DNA of 56,336 bases, the filler included, from Dugesia japonica (taxonomy: Eukaryota), in NCBI GenBank assembly GCA_001938525.1. It is 5 parts of 5 records of this genome, joined end to end, with 100 filler letters (N's around TTAATTAATTAA, not from the genome) between each part and the next. Parts side by side here need not be neighbours in the genome. Positions count along the whole stretch, not along the records: positions 23,219 to 33,165 come from MQRL01559042.1; positions 33,266 to 44,593 come from MQRL01621554.1; 3 more parts are not named here. One strand, 5' to 3'. Made by a program: the position numbers and the translations under genes. The notes under the pieces were generated by a model. That model was given only the letters and a program-made list of their open reading frames with translations, had not been told where the DNA came from and did not search any database. Below, in pieces: positions 26,345 through 36,979 of this stretch (its first letter is position 1; the number at the start of each line of letters is the position of its first letter).

Positions 26345-26786
26345 TAATGTTTCTAAAATGTAACGTTAAATGTGTTTTTTAATCTTCAACAAAGTTTATT
26401 AGTTTTCCACTATCATTACGTATATTGATTTCTATACTGTTTAAATATGATGAAGAAATAGGTAAATACATTGGATGATCAACAATTATTTGAACTANCT
26501 CATCATTCTCATGTTCTTCTATCCATATTGCTTTCAATAAAGGAACATTAACATCCGCTACAATTATAGGTTCAACAATACTGCAATAAATGAACATTTC
26601 ATTATAATACTTTAATATTTCCGTTTTGGCTGCACACAAATCTACATTACCACGAACAATATTTATAATAATTTCAAGTAAATTATCTATAACATATGGT
26701 GGGAATGATTGCAAAATTCTCGTTCTAAAAGGTTTTGATGATTTAATTAAAGCTGTAAAAAACGGAATGCTTCTTTGTAATTTCAT
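26345..26786 (-). pseudogene. Chimeric ORF: N-terminus of the conserved post-ATPase Polinton gene fused to the penton C-terminus (module B)
   Basis: The first ~60 aa (RTRILQS..IDNLLEIIINIVRGNVDL) resemble the small conserved Polinton ORF. The remainder, MFIYCSIVEPIIVADVNVPLLK..PMYLPI..IEINIRNDSGKLINF..KTHLTLHFR, is the penton C-terminus, paralogous to 30224-30540. Confidence 0.72.
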
Positions 26787-26833
26787 CTTTATTCATTATA
26801 ATAATACATACCATTAATTTGTTAATAATAATA

Positions 26834-27056
26834 TCTATTTTCTGTTTATTATTTTCAATTTTTTTCCACTTTTTTTGCAAGTTTTAAACATATTCAGTTG
26901 TTTCCTTTTATTTACTTGTTGCTTCCTATTTATATGATGTTTCTTATGCGAGTATTACTTCTTTTTTCCAAAATTTGTCTTCTCAAAAGATATTTTTTGA
27001 CGTTTAATAAGACCATCAGTTACTTGATCAACTAGAAACTCTTTTAATTTTGTCAT
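26834..27056 (-). pseudogene. Small Lys-rich ORF downstream of the ATPase
   Basis: MTKLKEFLVDQVTDGLIKRQKISFEKTNFGKKK*YSHKKHHINRKQQ...; one internal stop; same strand and tight packing as its neighbours. Confidence 0.35.
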
Positions 27057-27075
27057 TTTTTTATATTATGAAAAA

Positions 27076-27698
27076 TTACCTGTTTTGTTTATATACTGTG
27101 ATACCATAAGGGTTGAATATAACTGTTCTCACTCTATAATCATCTAGACATTGTTGTGTAAAGTCAAGAAATAGGTATCCATGTAGCTTTTCTGTTGCAT
27201 CTTGAAATGATTCAATAAGAAATTGTCTGTTATTTGGATATCCTTGTCTTACTAGAAAATTAACAACAGTTTGACCTCTAGGTTTTTTGAATAGAACCAA
27301 ATATTGTACGTTTAAATTAAGAGTTCTATGACTACTTCCTTGATGAAATAGTAATTTAAATAACAGTCACATTATGATGTCTCGATATTTTTGTGAATAA
27401 ATTATTGAAATCCTTTTCTTTGTTTGCCTCTTCATACCGATCATCAACAACAATAACATCACCTCGTCTTAATCTTTTGCTCCAATTAGAATCAAAACCA
27501 TTTATAATTTTCATTTCAATACTACAAAATTCAGATTTAGTCAGTTCATGCTCCACATCTGCACCCCTATGCTAGTATATGTTTTTTAAATTTTGACTTG
27601 AATAACTTTGATTTCAATAATTGACATACAAACAGTGTTTTACCGCCACCACTAGGTACAACAATTTGATAGACTGCATCATTTCTTAATTTCTCCAT
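27076..27698 (-). pseudogene. Polinton genome-packaging ATPase (A32/FtsK-HerA-like)
   Basis: Walker A VVPSGGGKT, Walker B VIVVDD, FTKISRHHN, HRTLNLNVQYLVLFKKPR, HGYLFLDF; frameshifted. Confidence 0.9.
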
Positions 27699-27724
27699 AT
27701 TTTTTTTAATTTATTTATAAATCA

Positions 27725-28237
27725 ATGCATTGTTTATATTTGTTTTATCGAATCAATTCAATTGATTCCATGAAAACCTCATTTTTCCCCATTAATTCAT
27801 TAATTATGATAACAAATATTAATTACAGAGGTGAAGCGTCTCAAGATGTAACAAAAGAAATGANNNNNNNNNNNNNNNNNNNNNNNNNNNNNNNNNNNNN
27901 NNNNNNNNNNNNNNNNNNNNNNNNNNNNNNNNNNNNNNNNNNNNNNNNNNNNNNNNNNNNNNNNNNCCTGGAACCACAAGATTTGAACCCTTATGATATC
28001 AAAAATTTACAATTACAATCGTTAACAATCGTCAAAAATACAGGAGTTTCAATTAGTTTGTATAAATTAGCGAGAATAGTCAACTGTTGGTTCGAACCCG
28101 AGTTATTTCCTGCTTTGAGACTGGTAAAATATGACCTTTTATGTGTAAATGTGTTCTCAACCGGAAAACAAGTAATACTTGCACCTAAAAATTTATATTT
28201 TCTAGGATATGTAAATAAACTTACTTCAAATTTATAA
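27725..28237 (+). CDS. TATA-binding protein (TBP)-like ORF, apparently intronless, divergent from the Polinton ATPase
   Basis: LQLQSLTIVKNTGVSISLYKLARIVNCWFEPELFPALRLVKYDLLCVNVFSTGKQVILAPK aligns by eye with the TBP repeat FKIQNMV...IRLEGL...YEPELFPGLIYR...LLIFVSGKVVLTGAK. The N-terminal ITNINYRG resembles the first strand of repeat 1; the rest of that repeat falls in the gap 27864-27966. Confidence 0.78.
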   Translation: MHCLYLFYRINSIDSMKTSFFPINSLIMITNINYRGEASQDVTKEMXXXXXXXXXXXXXXXXXXXXXXXXXXXXXXXXXXXLEPQDLNPYDIKNLQLQSLTIVKNTGVSISLYKLARIVNCWFEPELFPALRLVKYDLLCVNVFSTGKQVILAPKNLYFLGYVNKLTSNL

Positions 28238-28920
28238 AGTTTGATTGAAAAATCTAAGAAGTTAACATCATAGATTCAATACAAGTACAACTCAAGTACA
28301 ATTTATATAACAATTAAAATTTAGATATTTAAGTTTCAAATTATTAATATATTACGTTGCAGTCTTTTATTATAAATATATTTTGCATTTAATAATTATT
28401 TTACTTTTTAAAATGTCTTAAAATTCAGATTTTAAAATGAATTTAATTCCTGGTGAAGAAATTAAAGAAGAAGAAGTTTTTAAGAAAAAAAAGTAATATT
28501 TATTTTATTTTTAATATTATTAACATATTATTATTTTTTAGAGCATTTCTTTCTACGCAACAAGTCACTAGCTAGTCATTGGCAACACACATATTGGTAT
28601 AATTTAGAGATACGTATGGGTGTTGACTTTGACAGACTGATTTGGTGCTACTTTGCTCAAATGTTGGTTTATAAATGTTGGTTTTGTTTTGCAAATAAAT
28701 GTATTTAATTTTTTTAAAACCTTTTTAAATAAGTAAATACATACAAAAAATTATTTATTATTATTTTATTATTATTTTGTCTAATGGATACACCCCCAAC
28801 CATGACGATCCCATTTTGATCCAATTTGATTAATCTGAAAAGAACTAATAAAGTAAAATATTTAAATTAAATTAAGAACTTACTTCACAATTTTGATTAT
28901 TTGATTATATTAGATATTGT

Positions 28921-30116
28921 TTACAGTAGTACTGTTCTATTAGCATTTATTTGGATTTTGCTTTCAGATACTACATATATTATAACATATGTTGGCGCAG
29001 TCAAAGTTTTAGCAAACTTTATATCTAAACTCAAATTTTCTTGTTGAGGCTATTGCCTCTGATTAATATAGAAATCTGGAGCAGGTACATATGTAAAAAA
29101 CGGATATTTGCTTTTAAATTCTTCAAGTTTTATTCCACAATTAATATTCTTATCCAAATATCCCATATTTCTAACAACACTTTGCATATATGTTGTACTA
29201 TAATCATCGTTTTCNNNNNNNNNNNNNNNNNNNNNNNNNNNNNNNNNNNNNNNNNNNNNNNNNNNNNNNNNNNNNNNNNNNNNNNNNNNNNNNNNNNNNN
29301 NNNNNNNNNNNNNNNNNNNNNNNNNNNNNNNNNNNNNNNNNNNNNNNNNNNNNNNNNNNNNNNNNNNNNNNNNNNNNNNNNNNNNNNNNNNNNNNNNNNN
29401 NNNNNNNNNNNNNNNNNNNNAAACGCAACAATTTCCTACTTTCTTATCGGAGAAATTGCATTTTTTTATTTAATCCCAATTAATGAGCAGCCAATACTGA
29501 CGGTTCAACGCGTACACGTCTAATCATTAATTTTCCATCTAGCCATACATAGTTATGTTCATTGACTGCAGATTCCAAACAAATTTTATAAGTTGCTCTT
29601 TTCAATCGAATTTGAACATTGACACCAGGAATAAGATATTTTGGTTGATACATAAAATCTAATTTCAATGGATTTTTTAATAGAAGCTTTTCTATTTTCT
29701 TCTGATCTATACCCCATTGCTGTAAGACAAATATTCTTACTATTGCGATTATAATTCAATATAGTTTCAACCAATGCGTTTTGAATATAGGTTCCATTTC
29801 CACCTTCAATTTTGTAATTATTAAATGAAAGAATTACATCCTTAAAANGTGTATGCAACATATAGTTACTAGGAACTGCATCATGAGTGTTAGTCAAATC
29901 TTTTCCAGACTTATCAACTACCTTCAATTTTATATACAATAAAGTGTCATGCAAATCCAAATATTCAGTTTGAGATCCATTTATATAAAATTCTACATCG
30001 CTTTTTGGTTCATAAATTGAATTCATTGGAAAAACATCTTCAAATGCAGCATTTTCAATAACTGCTTGAGGTGATGGACGATCAAAAATGCATCACTCAG
30101 TTTTACCGCAAATCAT
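28921..30116 (-). pseudogene. Polinton major capsid protein (double jelly-roll, hexon-like), module A
   Basis: KTE*CIFDRPSPQAVIE, VEFYINGSQTEYLDLHDTLLYIKLKVV, PSNYMLHTxFKDVILSFN, ETILNY, LDFMYQPKYLIPGVNVQIRLKR, RRVRVEPSVLAAH, and C-terminal NLSLDIKFAKTLTAPTYVIIY..IQINANRTVLL*. Stops, frameshift and a gap. Confidence 0.9.
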
Positions 30117-30224
30117 TTTCAAATATTGTTCCATGTCCTCTCATTCGTTTGTTTATACATGTTGCTTTTGATTTCTACCTGCTTGGCTGTTACTGTACTA
30201 TGATATATTATTGGGATTAAACAT
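30117..30224 (-). pseudogene. Internally deleted core-protein gene (module A)
   Basis: MFNPNNIS*YSNSQAG is joined directly to ..INKRMRGHGTIF; both ends are paralogous to 25897-26341. Confidence 0.55.
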
Positions 30225-31312
30225 TAGTTTTTCTAAGATTTAAAGTTAAATGTGTTTTTGNATCTTTTGGAAACTTGATTAATTTCCCGTTATCATNACG
30301 AATATTANTTTGTATATTGTTTNTACATGTTGTTGCAATCGGTAAATACATTGGATTATCAACTATTATTTGTACTACTTCATCAGGTTTATGTTTTTCT
30401 ATTCATACCGATTTCAAAAGAGGAACTTTAATATCTCCTACAATTATAGGTTCAACAATACTACNNNNNNNNNNNNNNNNNNNNNNNNNNNNNNNNNNNN
30501 NNNNNNNNNNNNNNCAACAATACTACTATAGATGAACATTTGTTGATGTAACTTAATTATTTTCGGTTTTCTAATACCTTGCAATATAGCATCTTTTAAT
30601 TCTAAATGTGAATATTTTTGTTTATCTAATCCCAATGTTTTTGTCAAGACTTTATCAAATGTAACAGTTTTGATATCATTTCTTTGTGACATTTGAAATA
30701 GATTATTTGATTTGAGTCTAATTTTAAAAAATAGCTCAGAACCGCTTTCTGTTGAATATTTAGTTAATTCTTCAATTTCTGTTATGTATAATTCATCTTT
30801 CAACTGTAAAGTATGATAACTTACTTGAGTATATTCTATTTTTAATTTTACAAATTCTATTGGCGGATCTTCTTTAAATGCTGTATACAGAAAAGGAAAA
30901 TATCCGGGTTCCATTTGGTTAATCTTATATGAGAACCCTAATATTTTTCAATTATTTCATTTTCAAATATGGCAACATATGGATATTCACATTTAATAGT
31001 AAAATAACTACTAAACGCTATATAGACATTATTATTTGCATTTTTACTTACACTCAAGGATTGTTGTTTGTGATCAGTTGTAACAGTTATTTTATTTGAT
31101 ATATTTCTTGTAGACACGCATTGAACTTTATACTTGCTATATAATGGAAATGCTTGATATACAAAGGTAAAGTCCAACAATGCTACTTCCCAACTATCAT
31201 CCATATAAATCGGATTTTGAAGCTCCACAATGAATTTACTAGCATTATTATTCGGATAAATAAAATGACAGCTATTACTTGGTATGAGTGTATAGAAATT
31301 ATTTAATGTCAT
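30224..31312 (-). pseudogene. Polinton minor capsid (penton) protein, module A
   Basis: N-terminal FYTLIPSNS..YPNNNASKFIVELQNPIYMDDSWEVALLDF and C-terminal MFIYSSIVEPIIVGDIKVPLLK..PMYLPI..NIR.DNGKLIKF..THLTL flank a variable insert; frameshift near 30920. Confidence 0.88.
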
Positions 31313-32190
31313 TATTAACTAACTGTGATGCTAATATCCAAGTAGGNTTTTGATATCCATGCCATTTTACATAATATTGTTTATTCTTTTTTGTTCCTTT
31401 TGATTTTATTATTTTTTCGATTCTATATATAGTAGGAAGTAGAATGACATGGAATTCTTGCTCATAAAATTTTCCTAGAGATGCACTTATTTTTGAGATT
31501 CTAACATGTTCACCGACTTTATATTTTGGTTTCTTATTTGCTTTACTTTAATCACGCGATAGCCATAATTTTAGTTCATTGTTTCCACTTACATCAACAG
31601 GTCTTGTTCCATTTAAACCTTTATGACTATAATGATTATAACTATGAATAAAATTTGACAACATATTTATCCAGGTTTTATTGTTCGTATACACAAAGTA
31701 TTTTTTCAAAGCATATGTTAATGTTCGATTAAATCACTTAACATGTGCCGCTTTATACTGAGAGAATACACTATAACGATTTATTTTTAGATGTGATAAA
31801 AGATTTTTGACTTTAGAGTTGTAAGACTTCTTACCCAAATCTGTTTGTAAATTATCTGGATGTCCATCTTTGAATATTGATTTAATTGCTGGTTCCACAT
31901 CATTGGTAGATTTCGTTTTAACCGGAAAAGCTCTTGCAAATCGACCGAATACATCAATACATGTTAAAATATACTTGTATCCTTTATTTTTTTTGAATAC
32001 GGGATTATCTCCATCAAATCCATTTGCCATAAATCATCAATACCAAACGTTTTAAATGCTCTTGTTGGAAATCTTTTCAACATTGGTTGGTTCAAACTCT
32101 ATGCTAGTTGACCTGATAACCACGTTTTGGTCTTTGTTTTTGTTTTTTGTAATGCATTCACTATACGGTATTTGCAGTATGATATAAAAT
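31305..32190 (-). pseudogene. Polinton retroviral-like (rve) integrase with C-terminal chromodomain
   Basis: WLSGQLA*SLNQP..RFPTR..GIDDLWQMDL, GYKYILTCIDVFGRFARAFPVKTKS, LQTDLGK, FNRTL, HSYN, KYKVGEHVRISK, and chromodomain YRIEKIIKSK..QYYVKWHGY..TWI. Confidence 0.92.
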
Positions 32191-32519
32191 ATATTCGTTT
32201 TCTCAATCATTCGTTTTGATTATTATCATGTTTTGATTGGTATTTCTTTGTTAAAATAAAAATATAAAAATAATAAATAATATTAAAAATAAAAATACAA
32301 AACCATTGCAATTTAAACAAAGTATTTGCATCTTTTTGATTTTTTGAATTTAAATGGACAAGTTGTGTTACATAAAATTTGTATATAAAGCCATTCATTT
32401 TTTATATACAAAANNNNNNNNNNNNNNNNNNNNNNNNNNNNNNNNNNNNNNNNNNNNNNNNNNNNNNNNNNNNNNNNNNNNNNNNNNNNNNNNNNNNTTA
32501 TTATTATTATAGTTATTAT

Positions 32520-32753
32520 TTATTTTCAGATCTTGCAAGAAGAATAATAAATGAAATGCATCCAGAATGTGAAAGAAAATCAAAAGTGTTGGAAGAAAAT
32601 GAATATTGGGAATATGTTTTGGAAAAAGAATTGATCGATTTTATGGAGATCTTATTCTTTTTCGAAAACGAATTCAAAATAGCAAACCTATATGAAAACG
32701 ATCCCTGTTCATACTGGATAATGGAGAAAATTATTTGGGAAAGATTTCCATGA
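32520..32753 (+). CDS. Hypothetical exon or ORF fragment (acidic/aromatic), unknown
   Basis: Follows ttttcag and reads ARRIINEMHPECERKSKVLEENEYWEYVLEK...WERFP*; no recognised motif. Confidence 0.25.
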   Translation, partial: LFSDLARRIINEMHPECERKSKVLEENEYWEYVLEKELIDFMEILFFFENEFKIANLYENDPCSYWIMEKIIWERFP

Positions 32754-33165
32754 TTTTGTATGTGGTTGTAAATGGTAGTTTTTTTATTAAATAAATGTTA
32801 ATTTAAACAGGCTTTATCATTTTTCTTCATAAGTGCAATAAAAATACCTAAAATAAAATATAAATATTTTTTTAACAAAAATATTTTACAAAAAATAAAA
32901 ATTTAAAAGAATATAAATAAAAAATAAAAAATATCTTAAAATTAATAATAATACAATATTAAAAAAAATTTTTAAAAAAAAATTTTTAAAAAATTAATAA
33001 ATAAATAAAAAATTATTTAAAAATGAAAAATATATATAAATAAATAAATAAATTTACAAATAAAAATTAAATTAATAAACAAAAGTTTACCAAAATTAAA
33101 ATATTCTATTGAGTAATTGAGTATATATATTCTATTGAGTAACTAAGTATATATATATATATATA

Positions 33166-33265
33166 NNNNNNNNNNNNNNNNNNNNNNNNNNNNNNNNNNN
33201 NNNNNNNNNTTAATTAATTAANNNNNNNNNNNNNNNNNNNNNNNNNNNNNNNNNNNNNNNNNNNN
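33166..33265. other. Artificial contig-joining spacer
   Basis: 44 N + TTAATTAATTAA + 44 N. Confidence 0.93.
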
Positions 33266-35302
33266 CAACAAACCCTATATAAAATATGTTTAAAACGTTA
33301 TTCTGAATCAAATGCTGTTATTTTCATGACCATACAATATGTTTTTGTCTAGAAATTAATAGATCAAGGTCAACTGTTCCAGTGCGCTAGTACCTTTATC
33401 TTGGAAAATAAAATTATTCATATAGCAAAGCATACATGAAAAATGTTCAGTTTTTAATTCTGAGTTAAAAAATACTAAATGTGTTATTTTTTCATTAGTA
33501 TTTCTTGAAAAAATAATTTGACTGTTCCAGTGCGCTAGTATCCATCTACTCAGACATCCGAAATTCATGAATCGATATTCACAAAAAAATTACAATTTCA
33601 TTAAAATATCTAACAGTTTTAGTGATAAATTTTAATAATTTTCATGTTTTTGATATAAATAATTAAACAAATTTCTTACAAACCATATAAAATTTAACAA
33701 AAATTTACAAGAAAAAGATAAAAATTTAGTAAAATCACTAGAAATCGTAAAATGTTTTCAAAATTTTACTTATTAGATGTTTTCAATAAATTATTCAAGA
33801 AATCAATATAGTTTCATATCAGAACCAATCGTGTTAGCATACAGTTTCACACAGGTAACCAATACAGTTTCACACAGGTAACTAATACAGTTTCATTATT
33901 TTTTTATAAAGTTAAAAGTTTATATTAAAAAACATAATATTTTTTGGATAATTGTTTAAAATTATTTTAAAACTAATTGTGGGTAAACCAATTTAATGGA
34001 TAATAAAAAATTTTTTACTCAATGTTTCCGAGATACCCCCGTGTTTGATGAACATGTAGGTGGGTAATATTTTATTAATTAATTACTAACAGTTTTAATT
34101 TAACCTTTACATGTTATCGCTAGTCTCATGAATTGTCTATTTGTGTTGGGTAATTTTATTTTTTATACTCACAAATGACCAGAAGGAGGGGGACTTTTAT
34201 CAGAAACTGAATAGGTAAAAGAAATAAAATACATAACCCATACATACATAACCTCGAAAACACATCTGCGTTAATTAATTCAGAAAATAAATTACTTCAA
34301 ATTTTATCATTACAGTTATTGCGAGAATAATTGTTGGACATAACCATTGATGGCATTTGAGATTTCATTAAAATAAAGAAAAGCTTCGATCAAAAATAAA
34401 ATGTAATTTTTAAGAAATTCAAATTTTCGAAACTTGTCTGCTACTAGTTCTTTAAACAATGTCTAGACAGTTTTTAGTTCTCTTTCTATTGGTATCATAG
34501 AAATTCATAATTGTAATGCGAAAATTTATCTGTACACGTTTTTGAAAATTGTTGATTTATCGATTTTGAAAATACCATAGAAAAATCCGTCCAATATTTT
34601 AATTGACTCAATTGGATAAGAATTGTAAACACTGGAACAATTTTACATAAAATGCATTTTAAATATGTTAATTAAAACAATAAAACAAATTAAAAATAGA
34701 TAATTTAAGATTACATCATCAAAACTAAATATTTCAACACTAGCCTGGCAATTTATAAGTAGTTTTTAATTCTCTATTCTGTAGACCTTTTTTAAAACAG
34801 TTTTTGTCAAATATAGATTTGTTTGATTATGAAAATATAATAGAAATGTGTGTTATCTCATTATACATACACCAATACCAAATTTGTTACAGTCGAATTT
34901 TAAATGGAAGAATTGGAACAACTTTTTAAAAATTGATTTATTGAAATATTTTCACAATACTTCAGTCTATATAGTTCACCTACATTTTACATTGTCACAA
35001 TTTCATCACAAATAATTATGACAACTGTAATTTTTTCAAAAAGGTAAAGTTTTATTTAATATCAACTGAAGAATTTTAGTTGAATTTTTAATTTAATTTA
35101 TAATTATAAATAAATATTTATAGATAATTATTAGAATTTTTTTATGGTTTTAACGTTTAAAAATTTTGAAATTTTATTTTAAGAAAATCAAATGGAAAAG
35201 CAAATTTAAACAAAAACATATTTTGTAAAATATGTAAATAGTTACATATTAATATCTCCATAACTATGAAACATTTGAAGAAATTTAACTATTTTTATTC
35301 AG

Positions 35303-35977
35303 ATAAAAACGATTTGCAAAAATTAATGGAAATAAATTGGAAAATTAGAATAAAATGAAATATTTAGAAAATTAAGTATTTCATTTGAAATCATTAATTT
35401 GTTTAAATTAATTAATTGATTTAAATTTTAATAAGGAAAATAAATGGTTGGAAAAGAAATTTGAGTAATAAATGAACAAATTCAACAAATAGAAAAGAAA
35501 TTATTGGAAATAGAAATCAATCAAAATAAAATTAAGAATTTGCGTGGAGAATCGATAAAATCAATGATAAAGTTAAGGATGCGATAAACGAAATCAACAC
35601 AATGATTTACAGTGATTCATTTTATACACACAAACATAGATATAAAATGTGTTTATGTGTATATCCTGATGGAGATGTTATTCGAAAAAGCACTCATTTA
35701 TTTGTTGGGTTTTGCTGGATGAAAGAAGATTTGGATGATATTTTGCAATGGCTATTTAAATATGATATTCTCATTAGTCAATCAACAAACTGGACTTGAT
35801 CAAGTTCGTGTAACAAATAAATATGGTAGTTTATCAAATAGTAAAAATTGGAATAAACCAATTAATTTTAAGAAATGGTGGACTGATTTCAAAGAAATTA
35901 ATGAATTATCAGCCAATGAAAGTTTTATTCTCAACAATAAACTATTTATTGAATGTACTGTAATTATTTCATCGTGA
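35303..35977 (+). pseudogene. TRAF-like gene remnant (coiled coil + MATH/TRAF-C domain)
   Basis: IYSDSFYTHKHRYKMCLCVYPDGD...THLFVGFCWMKEDLDDILQWLF, then a frameshift to FSLVNQ...FILNNKLFIECTV, matches TRAF MATH (YSxxFYTxxxGYKMCLRLYxNGD..GTHLS..YDxxLxWPF). The upstream coiled-coil-like segments carry stops. Confidence 0.8.
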
Positions 35978-36361
35978 AATAATTTTTATTTTATGATTGA
36001 ATTTAATATGGCATTGTTTTTTTTAGATTGTCTGATTTATTGTAAAATTTAATATGAAAAGTAGACTTTATTTGAAAAAAATATTTTTCTTTTCAAGTTG
36101 AAAAATTAATTGAATTTTAAAAATCAAAACATTGTTGCATATATCCGAAAAAAATCACAAATTTAGTAATTTTTAAAATCAATAATTTTATAATAATTGT
36201 CTAAAAAAGAAAAATAATTGTTTTAAAAATTTAAAATAAAATATCTGTTGAATCATTTTTATAAAATTAATAAAAAATTAAATCCAAACATTAATCGTTT
36301 ATTTTTCTTTTGGAATCATCAATTGATTAATTTAATTTTTCAGTTATAAATTTAAATAATG

Positions 36362-36540
36362 TCAGAACATGATTATGTTCTGCCGGTTGCTTTGTAGTAA
36401 CTTCATTTCTCGTATGGCATCGGGATGTATACTTCGTTACATGATATTCAATACATCTCCAAATTTTCTTATCGTTAATAATCTTCTCTTTTCTAAACGT
36501 GTAGCCGTTAACTATCTACACTATCTACTCCAACTCCATT
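36362..36540 (-). mobile_element. FLYWCH-type zinc-finger fragment (Mutator/MULE-like transposase N-terminus)
   Basis: VNGYTFRKEKIINDKKIWRCIEYHVTKYTSRCHTRNEVTTKQPAEHNHV fits the GY..WRC..HNH pattern; the second Cys is mutated. Confidence 0.65.
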
Positions 36541-36979
36541 ATTCTAATCTCAATATTTTAATCTTAATATTAAAGAAAAAGGCTCGTTGATCTATGCTCA
36601 AATATTTAACTTTGTTGAACTAGTCATCTNNNNNNNNNNNNNNNNNNNNNNNNNNNNNNNNNNNNNNNNNNNNNNNNNNNNNNNNNNNNNNNNNNNNNNN
36701 NNNNNNNNNNNNNNNNNNNNNNNNNNNNNNNNNNNNNNNNNNNNNNNNNNNNNNNNNNNNNNNNNNNNNNNNNNNNNNNNNTCTTCCATAACGAATTTGT
36801 CAATATCTCTAAAGTATTTACTCTTATTTAAATTTTAACTAACCTAAAACTTTTATTTTTAATATATTCAATTATTTCTTTTATGTTTACCTCTATAGTA
36901 ATTTGTTCATTGCGTTGAATTTTTATTATACTATCTTTATCATAATTTGAGCTTATTAGAATATTTATTTTTCTAACTT

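Noticed and set aside
27725-28237. Host canonical TBP gene
   Set aside because: Too divergent from the highly conserved eukaryotic TBP core, no introns in the sequenced part, and embedded among Polinton genes. No gene symbol assigned.
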